Shown piece by piece: positions 37,492-50,021 of a stretch of 64,000 nt of DNA. Made by a program: the position numbers and the translations under genes. This stretch comes from Sphagnum compactum. Lineage: Eukaryota. Every line of letters begins with the position of its first letter. Position 1 is the first letter of the stretch. The stretch spans positions 32,974,213 through 33,038,212 of the forward strand of contig OZ234493.1 in NCBI GenBank assembly GCA_965153455.1, given 5' to 3'. The notes under the pieces are model-generated. The model had not been told where the DNA came from, did not search any database, and worked only from the letters and a program-made list of their open reading frames with translations.

Positions 37492-40400
37492 TATGAATGA
37501 AAAGAGAATAAGTTCTATAGGGACTGGCCTGAATAAAATTTTGAAAGTACCATGGCTCTTTCATATGCAAGTAAGGAATAACTCAATGTAACTTTGAAAA
37601 TTTACATAACCGCCCATGACTGGTTTGTTCGGGTTTTCACTAAATTTAATGCCTATTAAGCTTTGTCAATTTGGTGTAAAGCAATATTCATCCATACTTT
37701 TCTTTTATCATTTGCAGAATCTAGATCTGCATAAGTATCTGAAATGTCTAGCATACATAAAAATAACATAGAGCTATCCATATTTGTAGAATTTGTTTTG
37801 AGCATTATAGGGACAACACTGTAAAATATGGTGTAGAGCAAGGTGCACACCATGAAGACTAGGGCTCATTTCATCTTTCACAGCTTGCAATTTGAGACTA
37901 CAATGGTGATAATTATATGGACTCCCCATCTTTGAATGCCTTAATGAACACCAATAGTGATGCCTCATTAGCCATATTTGGCTTTCATGTAATAAAATGA
38001 GGCCTGCAAAACCATAATTATGGTTGGTGCAGGCCCAATTTCAAAGTTTTAATCTGCATTTCAGACTCTAGGCTTGCACAAAAATCTTTCCAATGGTCCC
38101 TTACTAGTCAAGGCCTGATAGCTGCACCCATAAAATGAAACATTAATACAGTTGATGATCATGAAATATTCTAGAGAAATACAGCAATTAGAACTCGTAT
38201 CGACAATGCAAATTTCAGGGTTTTTTTTCAAAATTTTGGAGAATTTTTTAACAACATCAGCAGAATGAGTCAAATTTACAAAAGTTTTGAAAAAGTTTCC
38301 CAAAGTTCCCCAAGATTTTGTTGTCAAGTCGCAAAACTTTCCAGCAAAAAAAAACAGAATTTTTGTTGTTAGAATGTGTAGACTGCATTCCTCCTTTCTG
38401 TGAATTATAGGTAGAAAAAAACATTTGAGAGATGTGAAATACTTGATTTAGTTGCTACTACCTTATCTCCTAGGTTTACAGCAAAGAAGAAAGTGATTAG
38501 AAAGTAAGAATCATGTTCATTTGAACACTAAATTTCATGGACTTGCATGAGACTCATGAGTGTTATGTATCTGTCAAAAATGAGCCATTATATAATTATG
38601 CATGCAACCTTTGGCTCATATGAGCAAGTATACACTTGTTATTGAAATTAAATCATATAAGACAAATTTATATACATGGTATACCATATTACCTCAAATC
38701 CCTACTAGGTTGGTATTTCTATTTAAGGCTAGCATTGTTGAATGAGTGTCAAGTCAATGATATGCAAGATCAACAATAGTGCCTAGTCATAATTCTATTG
38801 CATAAGGGCCCTAATAATGGCAAAAAAACATAATTCTTTCCCAATTGGTTTCACAACACCATTAAATAAGACCACCAATGCAAGTCTATAAGCTTGCAAG
38901 AGGTTTGAATTGGATCAATTTATATTTTCTGGGTCAAATATGATGGAAATTATCATGAACCTACACTGAAAATTAAGAACCCAAAACTATGAGTATAAAA
39001 TTTTTACATACAGGCTGGATACTTGGTTAGGCTATGTGAAAGCCTTCAATCAATCAATTTGATGCATTGCATGTTGATAAACATCAGCATTAATCTCTCT
39101 AGGTGTTAAATGTGGCATGATAGGAATACATTAAATAATATGGAGAAGAGATGACTGATCATATTTCAATACCATGGCAACCTTGTAATGCAAGCAATGC
39201 AAGGCAGCATGCATCAAAATGACGAGGAAAGTAATATTTGTTCATGAGGTTTTGGTTCTGAAGTTGTTACTAACTTGTGGAAGCCAATGTGGAGCTTTGA
39301 CTCAAGAAAAAGAAGACATTGAGTGTGAGATCTAGTGCTACATATTAATTAAGTTGGGGATGGGGCTTCATTCAATTTTGAATGGAGATGCAATATAGGT
39401 GGTGGCATAGCTTGCATTATAACCATTCAAAATTGCATGTATGTTGTCTTATTTGTGGTGTCTCTACACTTTGAAGGTTAGAAGTAGATATTCAAGTCTA
39501 AGACTTAGGGTAAATCTTAAGTTAACAAAACACATTGTTGTCGATATATGTGCATTTTGGGGGGCATACAAATTTTTGTGTTCACTTGTTTACAAAGTGT
39601 TGACTTTGTTGACCAAGGTTTGATTTTGTAATGAAATATATTAATAAAAGTCAAAAAGTTATTTGACTAAATTTTTTATTTTTTTCTCTTGCTGATCTGT
39701 TGTGTGATCATTGTGTATATGTTTCTCAATGGGTACATGTCAAAGTCAGTTTAAAACATTGTGGGGGACGAAAGCAAGATATATTGGTGGAATTTATCTT
39801 GACTATTTGTCCAAAAATAAATAAAAAGTAGATTTTGAGGAGTTTTAACAACAGTCCAGTTTCATTATTTTTTAAACAACAACTCATCGACATTAGAATT
39901 CTGAATTCACCGTGCCCTATGTAAAAATTTTAAAAACATCTTAGAATGATTTTCTTGATTCGATTTGGACTTTTAGAAGTACTGAAAATTTTGAACCAAA
40001 ACAATGGCACATTTGCAAGTTTTATATCTATTTTTAAATGGAAACACAATTCATTGACTTCATTAAAAAAATTTAAAACATTTAACACATATTCAATGAT
40101 GAGGGCAGCAATCCAACCACTTTTCACTTAATCCAAAAAAATATCAAGTACATTATGACTATTTTATTACAATCTAGAATAGTTGAAGCAATTGTTTTTT
40201 TTCTTTCAATTTTGTGATGTTGGTCAAGTTGCAATCATCCATAAATATTTAGCCAAATTTGGCAATATTCAAAATGATTTAGTAGAAAATCTTAAGCACT
40301 CTTTTCATATTGTAGGCAATTGTGGCAATTTTTTGTGATTAAACAATGATTTTATAAAAACATTATGACAGAATACTCTGTGTTCAAAATATTTTTATCA

Positions 40401-42705
40401 AAATGGTGAAAATTCACCACAAAAGAATCACTGAGTTGAAATGAAATATTTTACCTCCGAAATATTCCATCAAACCATTATTATCTATTTCAATTTTTTA
40501 ATTAATACTTACAATAGTTTAGAACAAATGTACCTATATTTTTGTTTTAAATATTCTCTTGTGGATTGACTTTTGGTGCCCATTGATTAAAAGATTTAAA
40601 ACTACAATGCATGCTACTTTTTTGTGTCTGCTTTTTCATGCTTTTATCTTGTGGTTGTCTTTTACGAAGAAGGTTTGATTCTACATTTTGATTGCCATCT
40701 TATATTTTGGGTCATGAGTTTGAACTTTGTAAAAGGTATTCTCCTTTTTTGAAAATCAAACTACGACTTTAGAATTTGAACAAGGATTTTGAAATTTGGC
40801 ACTCAAGTGAAACAAATTTGTACGTTTGAGTTATGAGTCATAATTTTCGTTGTGTTCAGGATTGAACAATTGATTAAAGTGGCTTTGTTTCTAGCATTGT
40901 GATCTCTCCAATGTTCCTATGAACTAGGAAGGCCATAATGTGTAAAATTGTAAAAGAATTAAGGTGCAATTGCCGTTAAGAATACATAACATTCAAATAA
41001 CACATTGAACTGGTGTTTTGAACTTTACTCCAGATGTGGTCATGAGGTTTTGAATCAGTATCACATGTAGTATATGTTTCTATATATGATGTTTATAAGT
41101 GGTACGGCTTTTGTACTTCTTGATATTCATGGGGGAGCATGAAAAAGGATGTCTTTTCCAGTAGCAAACAATACCTAAGGGGAATTGATGGGAATTAAGT
41201 AATATACTTGATTGGGTTAACAAAATCAAACCAAAGTTATCAGTAGTAGATTAATAACCTATTGTAGATCCCAATGCAACAAATTTTTTTGAAAATTATA
41301 ATTATGTGATTAAAAATAAAGAGTTTCATATATTGGTTGTTGAGTAAAAATTATAATTCAATTAGTTCCATAATAAAAAATGTAGTCATTCTTAAAATTC
41401 AAATATAAATATGCATTAATAAAAAAATTTAAGATTAGAAAAAATGACATATTTTTAAAACATTTATGGATCCATTCATTGGCTTAGGTACCTGAAAGGA
41501 CAATCTAATGAAAAAGGGAATGTGAAGGATTATTTTGGAATTTTATAATGTATTTATCACATTATAATTAATATAGTGAATATTTTTATGCTTATAATTA
41601 GAATAATTTCATGTTAAATTAATTTTTAGAATTTAAAAAATAGATACAAATGGAAATATAAAATTTTAATTAGGTTTAGGGTGATTTAAATTTGTGGATA
41701 TTAGAAGTTTAAATAATGATAAGTTGAGAAAAATTAAAGCTCTTTCACATAATACCTTTCAAACAATACCCACTTTGAAGAAAATAGTGAAAACAAATAA
41801 TACATAAATATCCCCCCATGTACCAAGGTAGCCAACCACTACTTATAAAGATGATGATCATCATAAGTTGTCAACTTTATTTAGTTCTCTATATCTTATT
41901 TCTTGGGCACTATCTTTGACCTCCATCAACCCTTACCAAAAATTTCTTCTATAACTAACATTGCATAGTTTAAACCAATTGTTATTAACTCATACTATAA
42001 GAAATCTTGTCAATTCCAACCCTATGTTTGTGACTATTGATGAGGCCATTATCCAAATCAATGAATTTTGCAATTATAATTGTTGTAGTCCTATGTGTTT
42101 ACAAGTTGTAAGCACTTTTCATCACATGCAATTAAATTTTGACATTTGCCAATTTATAATTGTACATGTGACTATGTGCTACAATTGTTGTGCATTTTGG
42201 ATGAAAAGGTGGATGAAAAATGAACTCATCTTAAATCATAGTTGATCACATTCAACAATAAATTGAAAACCAAGGTTTTTACAACTACTATATGTAGTAT
42301 TGAGTTTACATGTTAATTTTAAATTGTAGGTGTGACTATCTATTGTGATTAAATTGTACATTTGAATGAGTATATGGATGAAAATGTGAAGGGGTTGGTA
42401 AAAAATAAGTACGTATGTACATTTGTAGGTTATAGGTGGAGAGGTTGTAGGTAGATAGGTACTTCAATTAGGTGTGTAGCTATGTTAGCTAGGTTAGACG
42501 GTCTAAGTAGGTTGTTTAAATTAAGTAGATCTACACGAAGTATGTTATCTTATGTACCTACATAACTAGGCTAGGTAGGTAATTGGGTTCCAAGTAGCTA
42601 GGCTAGACTAAGTAGCTAAGGTAGGTGGACTACATAGGTTAGGTAATTTATGTGGTTTAAGTAAACTAGCTAGGTATGCTAAGTTAGGTAGGGGTGTATG
42701 CACTT

Positions 42706-43329
42706 TAAGGTGGTTCATTTTTGATAGATGCTCCACTCCCTAAAAATCCATATGGTAGTGTTAAAATGGTAGTTTATTTTGATATCATTAAGTTTGTGGA
42801 GAATTACATAGTGGTTATGAACTAAAAAGCCCATATGAAAATAACCATTTTAAACAATTCTTTAATGTACATGTACATGTTAAAAAAATAAAAATTGAAA
42901 TTCAGCCAAAAATAATTATGATATGGACTTATGAAAATATGTTCATTTTAAGGCCATTCAAAAATTCATAATTTTTTTTTGGTTTATTTTTTTCTAGCAA
43001 TTGTTTTGCACATATGTTCATTTTTTAAAAACTTATCATATATTGAATCCCCATAATATATCCCAAATAAAATTCATACATGAAAATGCATGTATATAGA
43101 GGCACAAACAACAAACCAGTCCATAATTTTCAACTTCAAAAGTCCATTACTATATATTTGTTGTATATATGTTGTAAATTTTTTTTTATAGATGTCTTCT
43201 TCTTCAAGTTGGAAATCTAAATCTAGTCACAAATTTGAAAAAATATTGTTTTTATGCCATGTTAATAGCATGTAAATGCATGCCACTTTGTAAAAAACTG
43301 GATTGTGACGCAAAAAATGAGTCACCTTA
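42706..43329. mobile_element. TIR element inserted into a TAGG-rich simple-repeat tract
   Basis: TAAGGTGGTTCATTTTT versus the reverse complement of the right end TAAGGTGACTCATTTTT. TAGGT-rich low-complexity sequence, including TATGTGGTTTAAGTA, continues on both sides (42420-42700, 43340-43430). Confidence 0.7.
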
Positions 43330-44850
43330 CCTTGCAGCCATCTATAGGCTATGTGGTTTAAGTAGGTTAAGCTAAGTATGTTAGGCTAGGTAGGCTATCT
43401 AATCTAGGTGGTTTAGGTAGGTGGGTGAAAGCATGGTTTGGTGACTTATTTTTTGGCATTTTGAAAGCTCATTTTTAACATTAACTATAATTCCTACATT
43501 TTGATAATTAACAACTCATGCATTCAATGTACATTTATCTACCCGTCCATTAAAAAATATGGGCAAGGTTCTCCAAGTGTAAACCTTAAACCCCAACCAC
43601 CTTTCACCTACACATTGAGGGGACCAAATCTTTAACCATTGCACCACATCTTCAACATACAATATTTTGTGTCATCACATTAAATTACATGATCATTTTT
43701 TCCTAATCTACCTAGGTGGTCAAGTTTAACTACCCTTCCAAACTTACATACCCTTATTTATATGCCTAGCTTAGGTTCTAGGTTGCTAACTTAAATTTAT
43801 ATTCCAAAAAGTTGAAGTTGTTATCTATGTCAATCGAAAAACTATGCTTTCAATTTAAATTTAAAAAGGAATGAGGCAAGACTGCCCATTCACTTTCTAC
43901 CTATTTTTAATTATAGGGGAAGTCCTAAATATCATGATCACGGAAGCTATCTAGGTAATGGAGTGATAAGAGGAATTGTGATGTTAAAAGGAATAAGGTA
44001 ACTAATTATATCATAGTATGTAGATGATATCACACACTACCATTGTTGGGAGGGGAGTATAATGTGGACATGGAAATGGAACTATTTAATGACTTCTTAT
44101 AGATATTAGGTTTAAATCTCCATTGGGAAAAAAACTTGGCAAATTGGTAAGGAAATGAACAATTCAAGCCTAGATGGATGGTGAAGCATAGACATGGAAA
44201 TGGGTGTCAAATGGGGAATTAATGTGAGTTATTGGTCACAACATTTGGGCTTAAAATGGACATTAAAGAAATGGACTCCTTTTTATGTTGAAAAGATGAA
44301 GAGAAAGTTGAGATATTGTAACAATTTATAGATTAGCTACTAGTAAGTAGGATAATTATTGTTAATTTTGTTCTAGGATCTATTATTTGGTTTTTTTGGC
44401 TTTATAAGCAATGTTAGTAAAATCAATATGTAAATGCAAATTCATTCTTATGAACTATTCATGGAATGGGTAGGGACATATTAGAAAAGTTAAGGTCAAT
44501 TGGATAGACTATTATTTGAATAAGAAAATATGAAGTTTAAGTATTTTGCACCCAAAAGAAGGTTTGAACACTATATTAAGCAAGTGGATCCTCAAAACAT
44601 TTAAGTTTGGAGAATCAAATCTTTAATTGTTCTTCATATATCACATGCTTAAAGTGCAAACGTCTAAGCATATGTAATGGACCTTTAATATTCAATGGAT
44701 GTTTGTCCATGGACATCAAATAATAAAAGGTTCACAACTTTTAAAGGTGAATAGCCAAGGCATGGAGGTTTCTAGGCAAATTCTTACAATTTAATCCACT
44801 CATATTGACATATCATATGCAAGGTAAAAATTTGGTGGCTAAGGTTATGA

Positions 44851-45098
44851 TTTGAAATTGTTTTCATTTTTAAAGATGAAACATTAATTTACAAGGAATT
44901 GACACATTTTCAAAAACTTCATATTTATTCAAAAATATTTATTTGAAAAAATTCAATTACTTAGACAATTATATGCTTATAACAATTTGCTAATAACATT
45001 GCTAAAAAATTCATTTATGTGAAAAAAATATTTTTGGGCAAAATGACATGTAGTCCTTTTTTAAAGTAATGACGTTGGCTTGTTTTATTTCATTTGTG
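44851..45098 (+). repeat. Dispersed repeat, copy 2 (see 3942-4193)
   Basis: Collinear similarity to 3942-4193, seen directly. Confidence 0.75.
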
Positions 45099-48000
45099 TT
45101 CATTAATACATGAATTCCTTGTAATGGACTTGTAATTGACTCTAGGACATAATATAGTTGAAAGAATTATCATGTTAAATATATACACATATTGCATGAA
45201 TAGAATATTAAAAGATCTTTAAGTCAACTTTTGTTATTTTGCAACTTGGGTCTAAGCAAGGTTAGGGTGTCAAAAAATATTGTCTCACAAAATATCCAAT
45301 GAATCCCTTCAATTAAACATGTCTAAACTTAGTGGCACACTCATGTTGGAAGTTTTTTATGTTTCATAGATGCATATAGGTACTATATTATGTTTAAACC
45401 ATTCCTAATTTGGACAAATAATTAAGTATTCTTAACAAGTCTTGGGAAAAAAACTTAGGACTTTGTGTCATTGAATGAAAAATGTTCAAATATTCATTAT
45501 ATTTAAATCCTAGTGTTAGGCAATTCTTCACTTGTATGAAAAACCTTCAATTCTGTATAATGAATTAAAATTGTTTCAAGTTTGGTTCCACATATAAATG
45601 GAACTAAGAATTTGGCTTTAGATTTGGTTTTTCAAAAAAATATTGTTTCAAATCATTAGCTTAACATGTGAGTCTAATCCTAAAAATTATGATTCCAATT
45701 TTGATTTTGAAACTCAAACCTAGTTTCAATTCAATTCATTGAATTGGAATTGGCAATCCTTACCCATCAATGTGGGTATGGGCTGCCTAGCACAGGTTTA
45801 GGCCATAGGCCTTCATCAATGTTTGCAACTATCTTTTGGTCTAGGTCTTATCCCTTTCATTATGAATTCCATAGTTAACAATATTTATATGTTGACATCA
45901 CCATCAATTGTACAACATGTGTAACATCATCATTATGCACCACAACCTTGCTAACTTCAATAATTTTTTGTTTTAGGAAAAAGGAAATTTCAAACATCAA
46001 AAGTTGTGAAAAATTAACCCCCAAAAATGAAATCAAAACACCATGAAAGGCACTTGTTTAAGTTAAATGATCGATTAATAATGTTATTTAACAAAAGTAA
46101 GTTATATACTTTTAAGAATGTGTACTTTTATTTGCGAGTTACACTTACATATTGGTGAACCATTGTGTCAAATTTTGATTTAACCATTGCCTAAAATTAA
46201 CTAGTTGGAGATATAAACTTATAATATCTAAGAACATTTCCATTATAATACCTTATCATGAGGCCCATCAATGATATTTTGATGAAGGATTTATTCATGA
46301 ATGCCCCACCACAACCTCCTTATCAACAATTGTTTTGCCAATCTTGCCCTTCAAAGTTCCCTATTCCAATAATGATGTGCACTCTTTGCCATTATCACTG
46401 AAAGCCTCACTACACATTTTTTCTTTAGTTGTCTCTTCTCCAGCTCAATAAGAAAAAAATTACTCTTTGTCGATGTGATTCACAAAGGAACAAGGAGCTC
46501 ACAAATTTCTTTTTGTTGTTATAATGCAAGAAGGAGCAAAAAAGACTTGAAATCTCCTTTTGTTTGTTGCTACAACTTGTGAAAAAATGTTCAAAAACTT
46601 GTTGATGTTTCTTGTTTTGTTGCTATGGTGTGCAAAAAATTGAAACTTAAAAACTCTTTTTCTTTCTTTTGTTGTTGCAATGTGTGAATGAGTTCAATCA
46701 CCAAGTTCTCCACTTTGCAAATCATGCACCAACTAACTTGATAAGATTGTTGGCAATGTTGAGCAAAAACTCATGGCCTTGGTTGGTAGTCTTTCCATTA
46801 GTTTTACTTGGATCTATGTTTTTGTTTTATTTAACGTTGATGTTGAAGAATACTCCTTCTTTCAAAACCTCAATGAATTTTTTTTTACACTTCATCTATT
46901 GCTAGAATACCCTTCCTAGGAATGTAATGTACTTTGTTGTATCAATAAGCTGCTTAACATACTTGCATGTATAGGTTGACATCTTGCCAAAATAATTTTG
47001 AAAAGCATGTACTTGACATATTCGCTTAGAGGACCTTTAAATGATTTAAGTGAATGCATGATTGAGTGGACCAAAAAAGTGACAAATGATTACATCTTAT
47101 GTAAGTCCAAATTTCCTTTGTATTTTTTCAAAACCTTCAAATGTTAATGAATTAGGGAACAACAGTGCATTGATTCCAAGATTTTTTTCCATTTATGTTC
47201 AATCTCACCTAAACATCATTATTTTGTACTGTATGCAAAAATCCAAGATGAAATACTTTTTTAAGAAAATTGAATTTTAAAAAACCATCTATATTCAATA
47301 ACAAAAAGATCCATCAAACATAACCTAAATATGAAATGGTGTGAAATCTCTGAATTGTTTTTTGAAAAATGTATTGTTTAAATAAATTCAAGTCCCTAAG
47401 TAACACAACATAAATCAATGGACCATTTCAAAGTTCATATCCAAAATAAATTTCAGAATTATTGTCCATAATTTTGCTTTCAAAAGTCCATGGCTCTTAT
47501 GTTTTTAAATTTTTTGCAATGTGACATTACACATCATATAGATATTCAAATTAGGGTGAAAACATGCTTAGGTGTTTCAAATTTGGCATTTGAAAGTCCA
47601 TTTTTTGGATGGATTGATTTAAATTAATTTTTTTTTGCCTATGGTAGGGTAATTAATATGCTAGTTGTCTAAGCATTTTGTGAAGTTGGTCCATTTGACA
47701 CAAAGGCAAGATTTTTTCAAAATCGGGTTTACGTTTATAGGGTTTGCACTATGCCAATATTGCGTGTGCAAAAATTTTATATCATTTTTGTCAATTGTTT
47801 TTCTCCTTGATTTTAACATCACGACTAACTTCTATTGTACCACTTGTGGTACAACGTGGAAAGCTAATCTATGTTTTGTATGATTTTTGCCTAAATGTTA
47901 TGCAAATATGTTTCAAGCAAGTGAAAGAAAATTGAGGGGATAGTCACAAGGTCAAGATCCTAATTGATTAAGTAATGGCAAGAAGTTCATGATAAAATAA

Positions 48001-49313
48001 GGAGGGTCAAAGTTTAAAGGTCCTATAAATGTTGATCTAATGTATGGGAAAGTTCCAAAAATGATAGTTCATGGTGTTGAGTTCATTAATCCATGATAGT
48101 TTATGGAGGTTTGTGACTTGAATAACCATGGTCAATGCCCAAAAAGTTTGAAGATTCTTAAATATCTAAAAAAGTCTAAGGCTAAAGCACTCTTTGGTGC
48201 ACTTGCCAACAAAAATGGGTACAAATACATGGAGTGTGATGATCTTGAGGTTATAGTTTTTTCATATAAAACCTTTAGATGAATATACATAAAAACACAT
48301 GGTTATCAACATCTCGGTTGATGGGTGAAAGCATGGTAAAATATACAACTAAATGTCCTTCATGAACTATAATGAAGTAAAAAATTAAACAATTTTTGAC
48401 AAAAACACAAGAAAGTAGATTCAAATTGTATTAAAATTTCATTTTGAAAACATGGTGCTTTCCATTCCAGATTTATATTAAATTGAATACAAAAATTGAA
48501 AAAAATTGGAATAATAAAAGTACGAAACATGTACTTTTGAATTTGACTAGTCTTGATATGGTGTTCAAACGCATTTTTTCATTATGAAAATTTAATGAAA
48601 TAGATTTGTGTGAAGTTATAACATAAAGATCATTGTATATTCAAAGGAAGGAAAATAAATAAATTTTATTTTTTCTTTGGTAGAATCTATTTGACACATA
48701 TTTGAAACAAATGTTACATTGCAAAAAGTAGGCTTCAAAAGTTAGTTACATTTAGAAAAGTTTATTTGAAACTTATTTTTACAATGCAAAATTAAAAATT
48801 AATTCATAATAGTGAAGAAGCATCTTGTTTTTTTATCATTTAAATAAATAAATTGAATGTATAACAATTTTGTGATAGATTTTGGTCCTACTTTTTGTTA
48901 GTTTGACAAGTAGATTATCAAGGACATTGCTTTCACCTTGATTCCACTTGCCATGGCCAAGTGATTAGTTTATAAGAGAAAAGGGAATCTCATGAATTGG
49001 GCCCTATTTGCAACATGGATGAGAAATGAATAGGTTTGTAGATTATTGGTGAAAACTAAAAGTTTTGTAGATTCAATTCAAGGCTTCAAATTCGATGAAG
49101 AAAAAGGAAATTTCAATGTAGAAGGAGAGCCAATGGAAGATTGCAAGGTTATAGACAAGGTTATAACTATTCCAATTGAACTTGAATGGGAATTGAATTT
49201 GCAATGGACACAAGTTAAATCCTAGAGTATTGTGCTTCTATCCAAAATCAATTGTCAAATGTACGACATATGTTAGACAACAATTGCTGCAAAACAACTT
49301 GAAGTAGGATTTC

Positions 49314-50021
49314 ATGACTCATAAGACACAAATGGAGGATAGGCAAAAAAATGTGAAGATGGCAACAGAAACATTGTCAAAGTTATTGTTTTGCCTTCAA
49401 GAGTTGAAGGCTACCATTGAGAAGCAAAAATATGAGTGGGATACTAAACAAGATAATAGTTTCAATGAAGGTCTAGGTGTTGCACATTTGAAAGGTGCAC
49501 TTAAGGCATTAAAAACCAATTTAATCTCTGAGCTACTAGTGGCCTTAAAAGATTAGGAGTCCAAGGAGTTTCAAATTTCCAAGAATGTAAATGTGCAAAA
49601 AAATGTATGTGATGCATTTGAAGAATGAGTTGTCGAAGGTGAAGTTGAATGCACATTCACCTTGGAAAAACCTTTGACTATAGATAAGGAAGTTCAACAA
49701 TTAAAAGATAAATTTGACAACTTGGAATGGCAATGGTGTGCCTTAAAAATACATAGTAGGGCGATTGAGTATGGAAAAAAGGGTTTTCTTGTCCACCCCA
49801 AACCTTTTTTCTCTTTTGGAGTTGGATTAAATTTTAATGACCTAGGTGATGAATGGTCAATTTTTTTTATGATTATCACACCTTGTGCATTTTGTGGTAG
49901 AAGGTTCCTATTTGTTTGGGACTACCAATTAGCTTCTTGCATATATATGTATCATTTATGGCGTGCTACGACACATTTATCTATTTCCATCAAATGTTTG
50001 GTGAGGGATTGCAATATTTAA
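49314..50021 (+). pseudogene. Decayed coiled-coil plus degenerate RING-like coding remnant
   Basis: Lys/Glu/Leu-rich heptad-like ORF pieces followed by PCAFC...ASCIYMYHLWR...KCLVRDC (RING-like Cys/His spacing with lost ligands). Broken by stops. Confidence 0.35.

Noticed and set aside
37600..38170. Possible minus-strand pseudo-exons
   Set aside because: Stops in all frames and no identifiable family motif.
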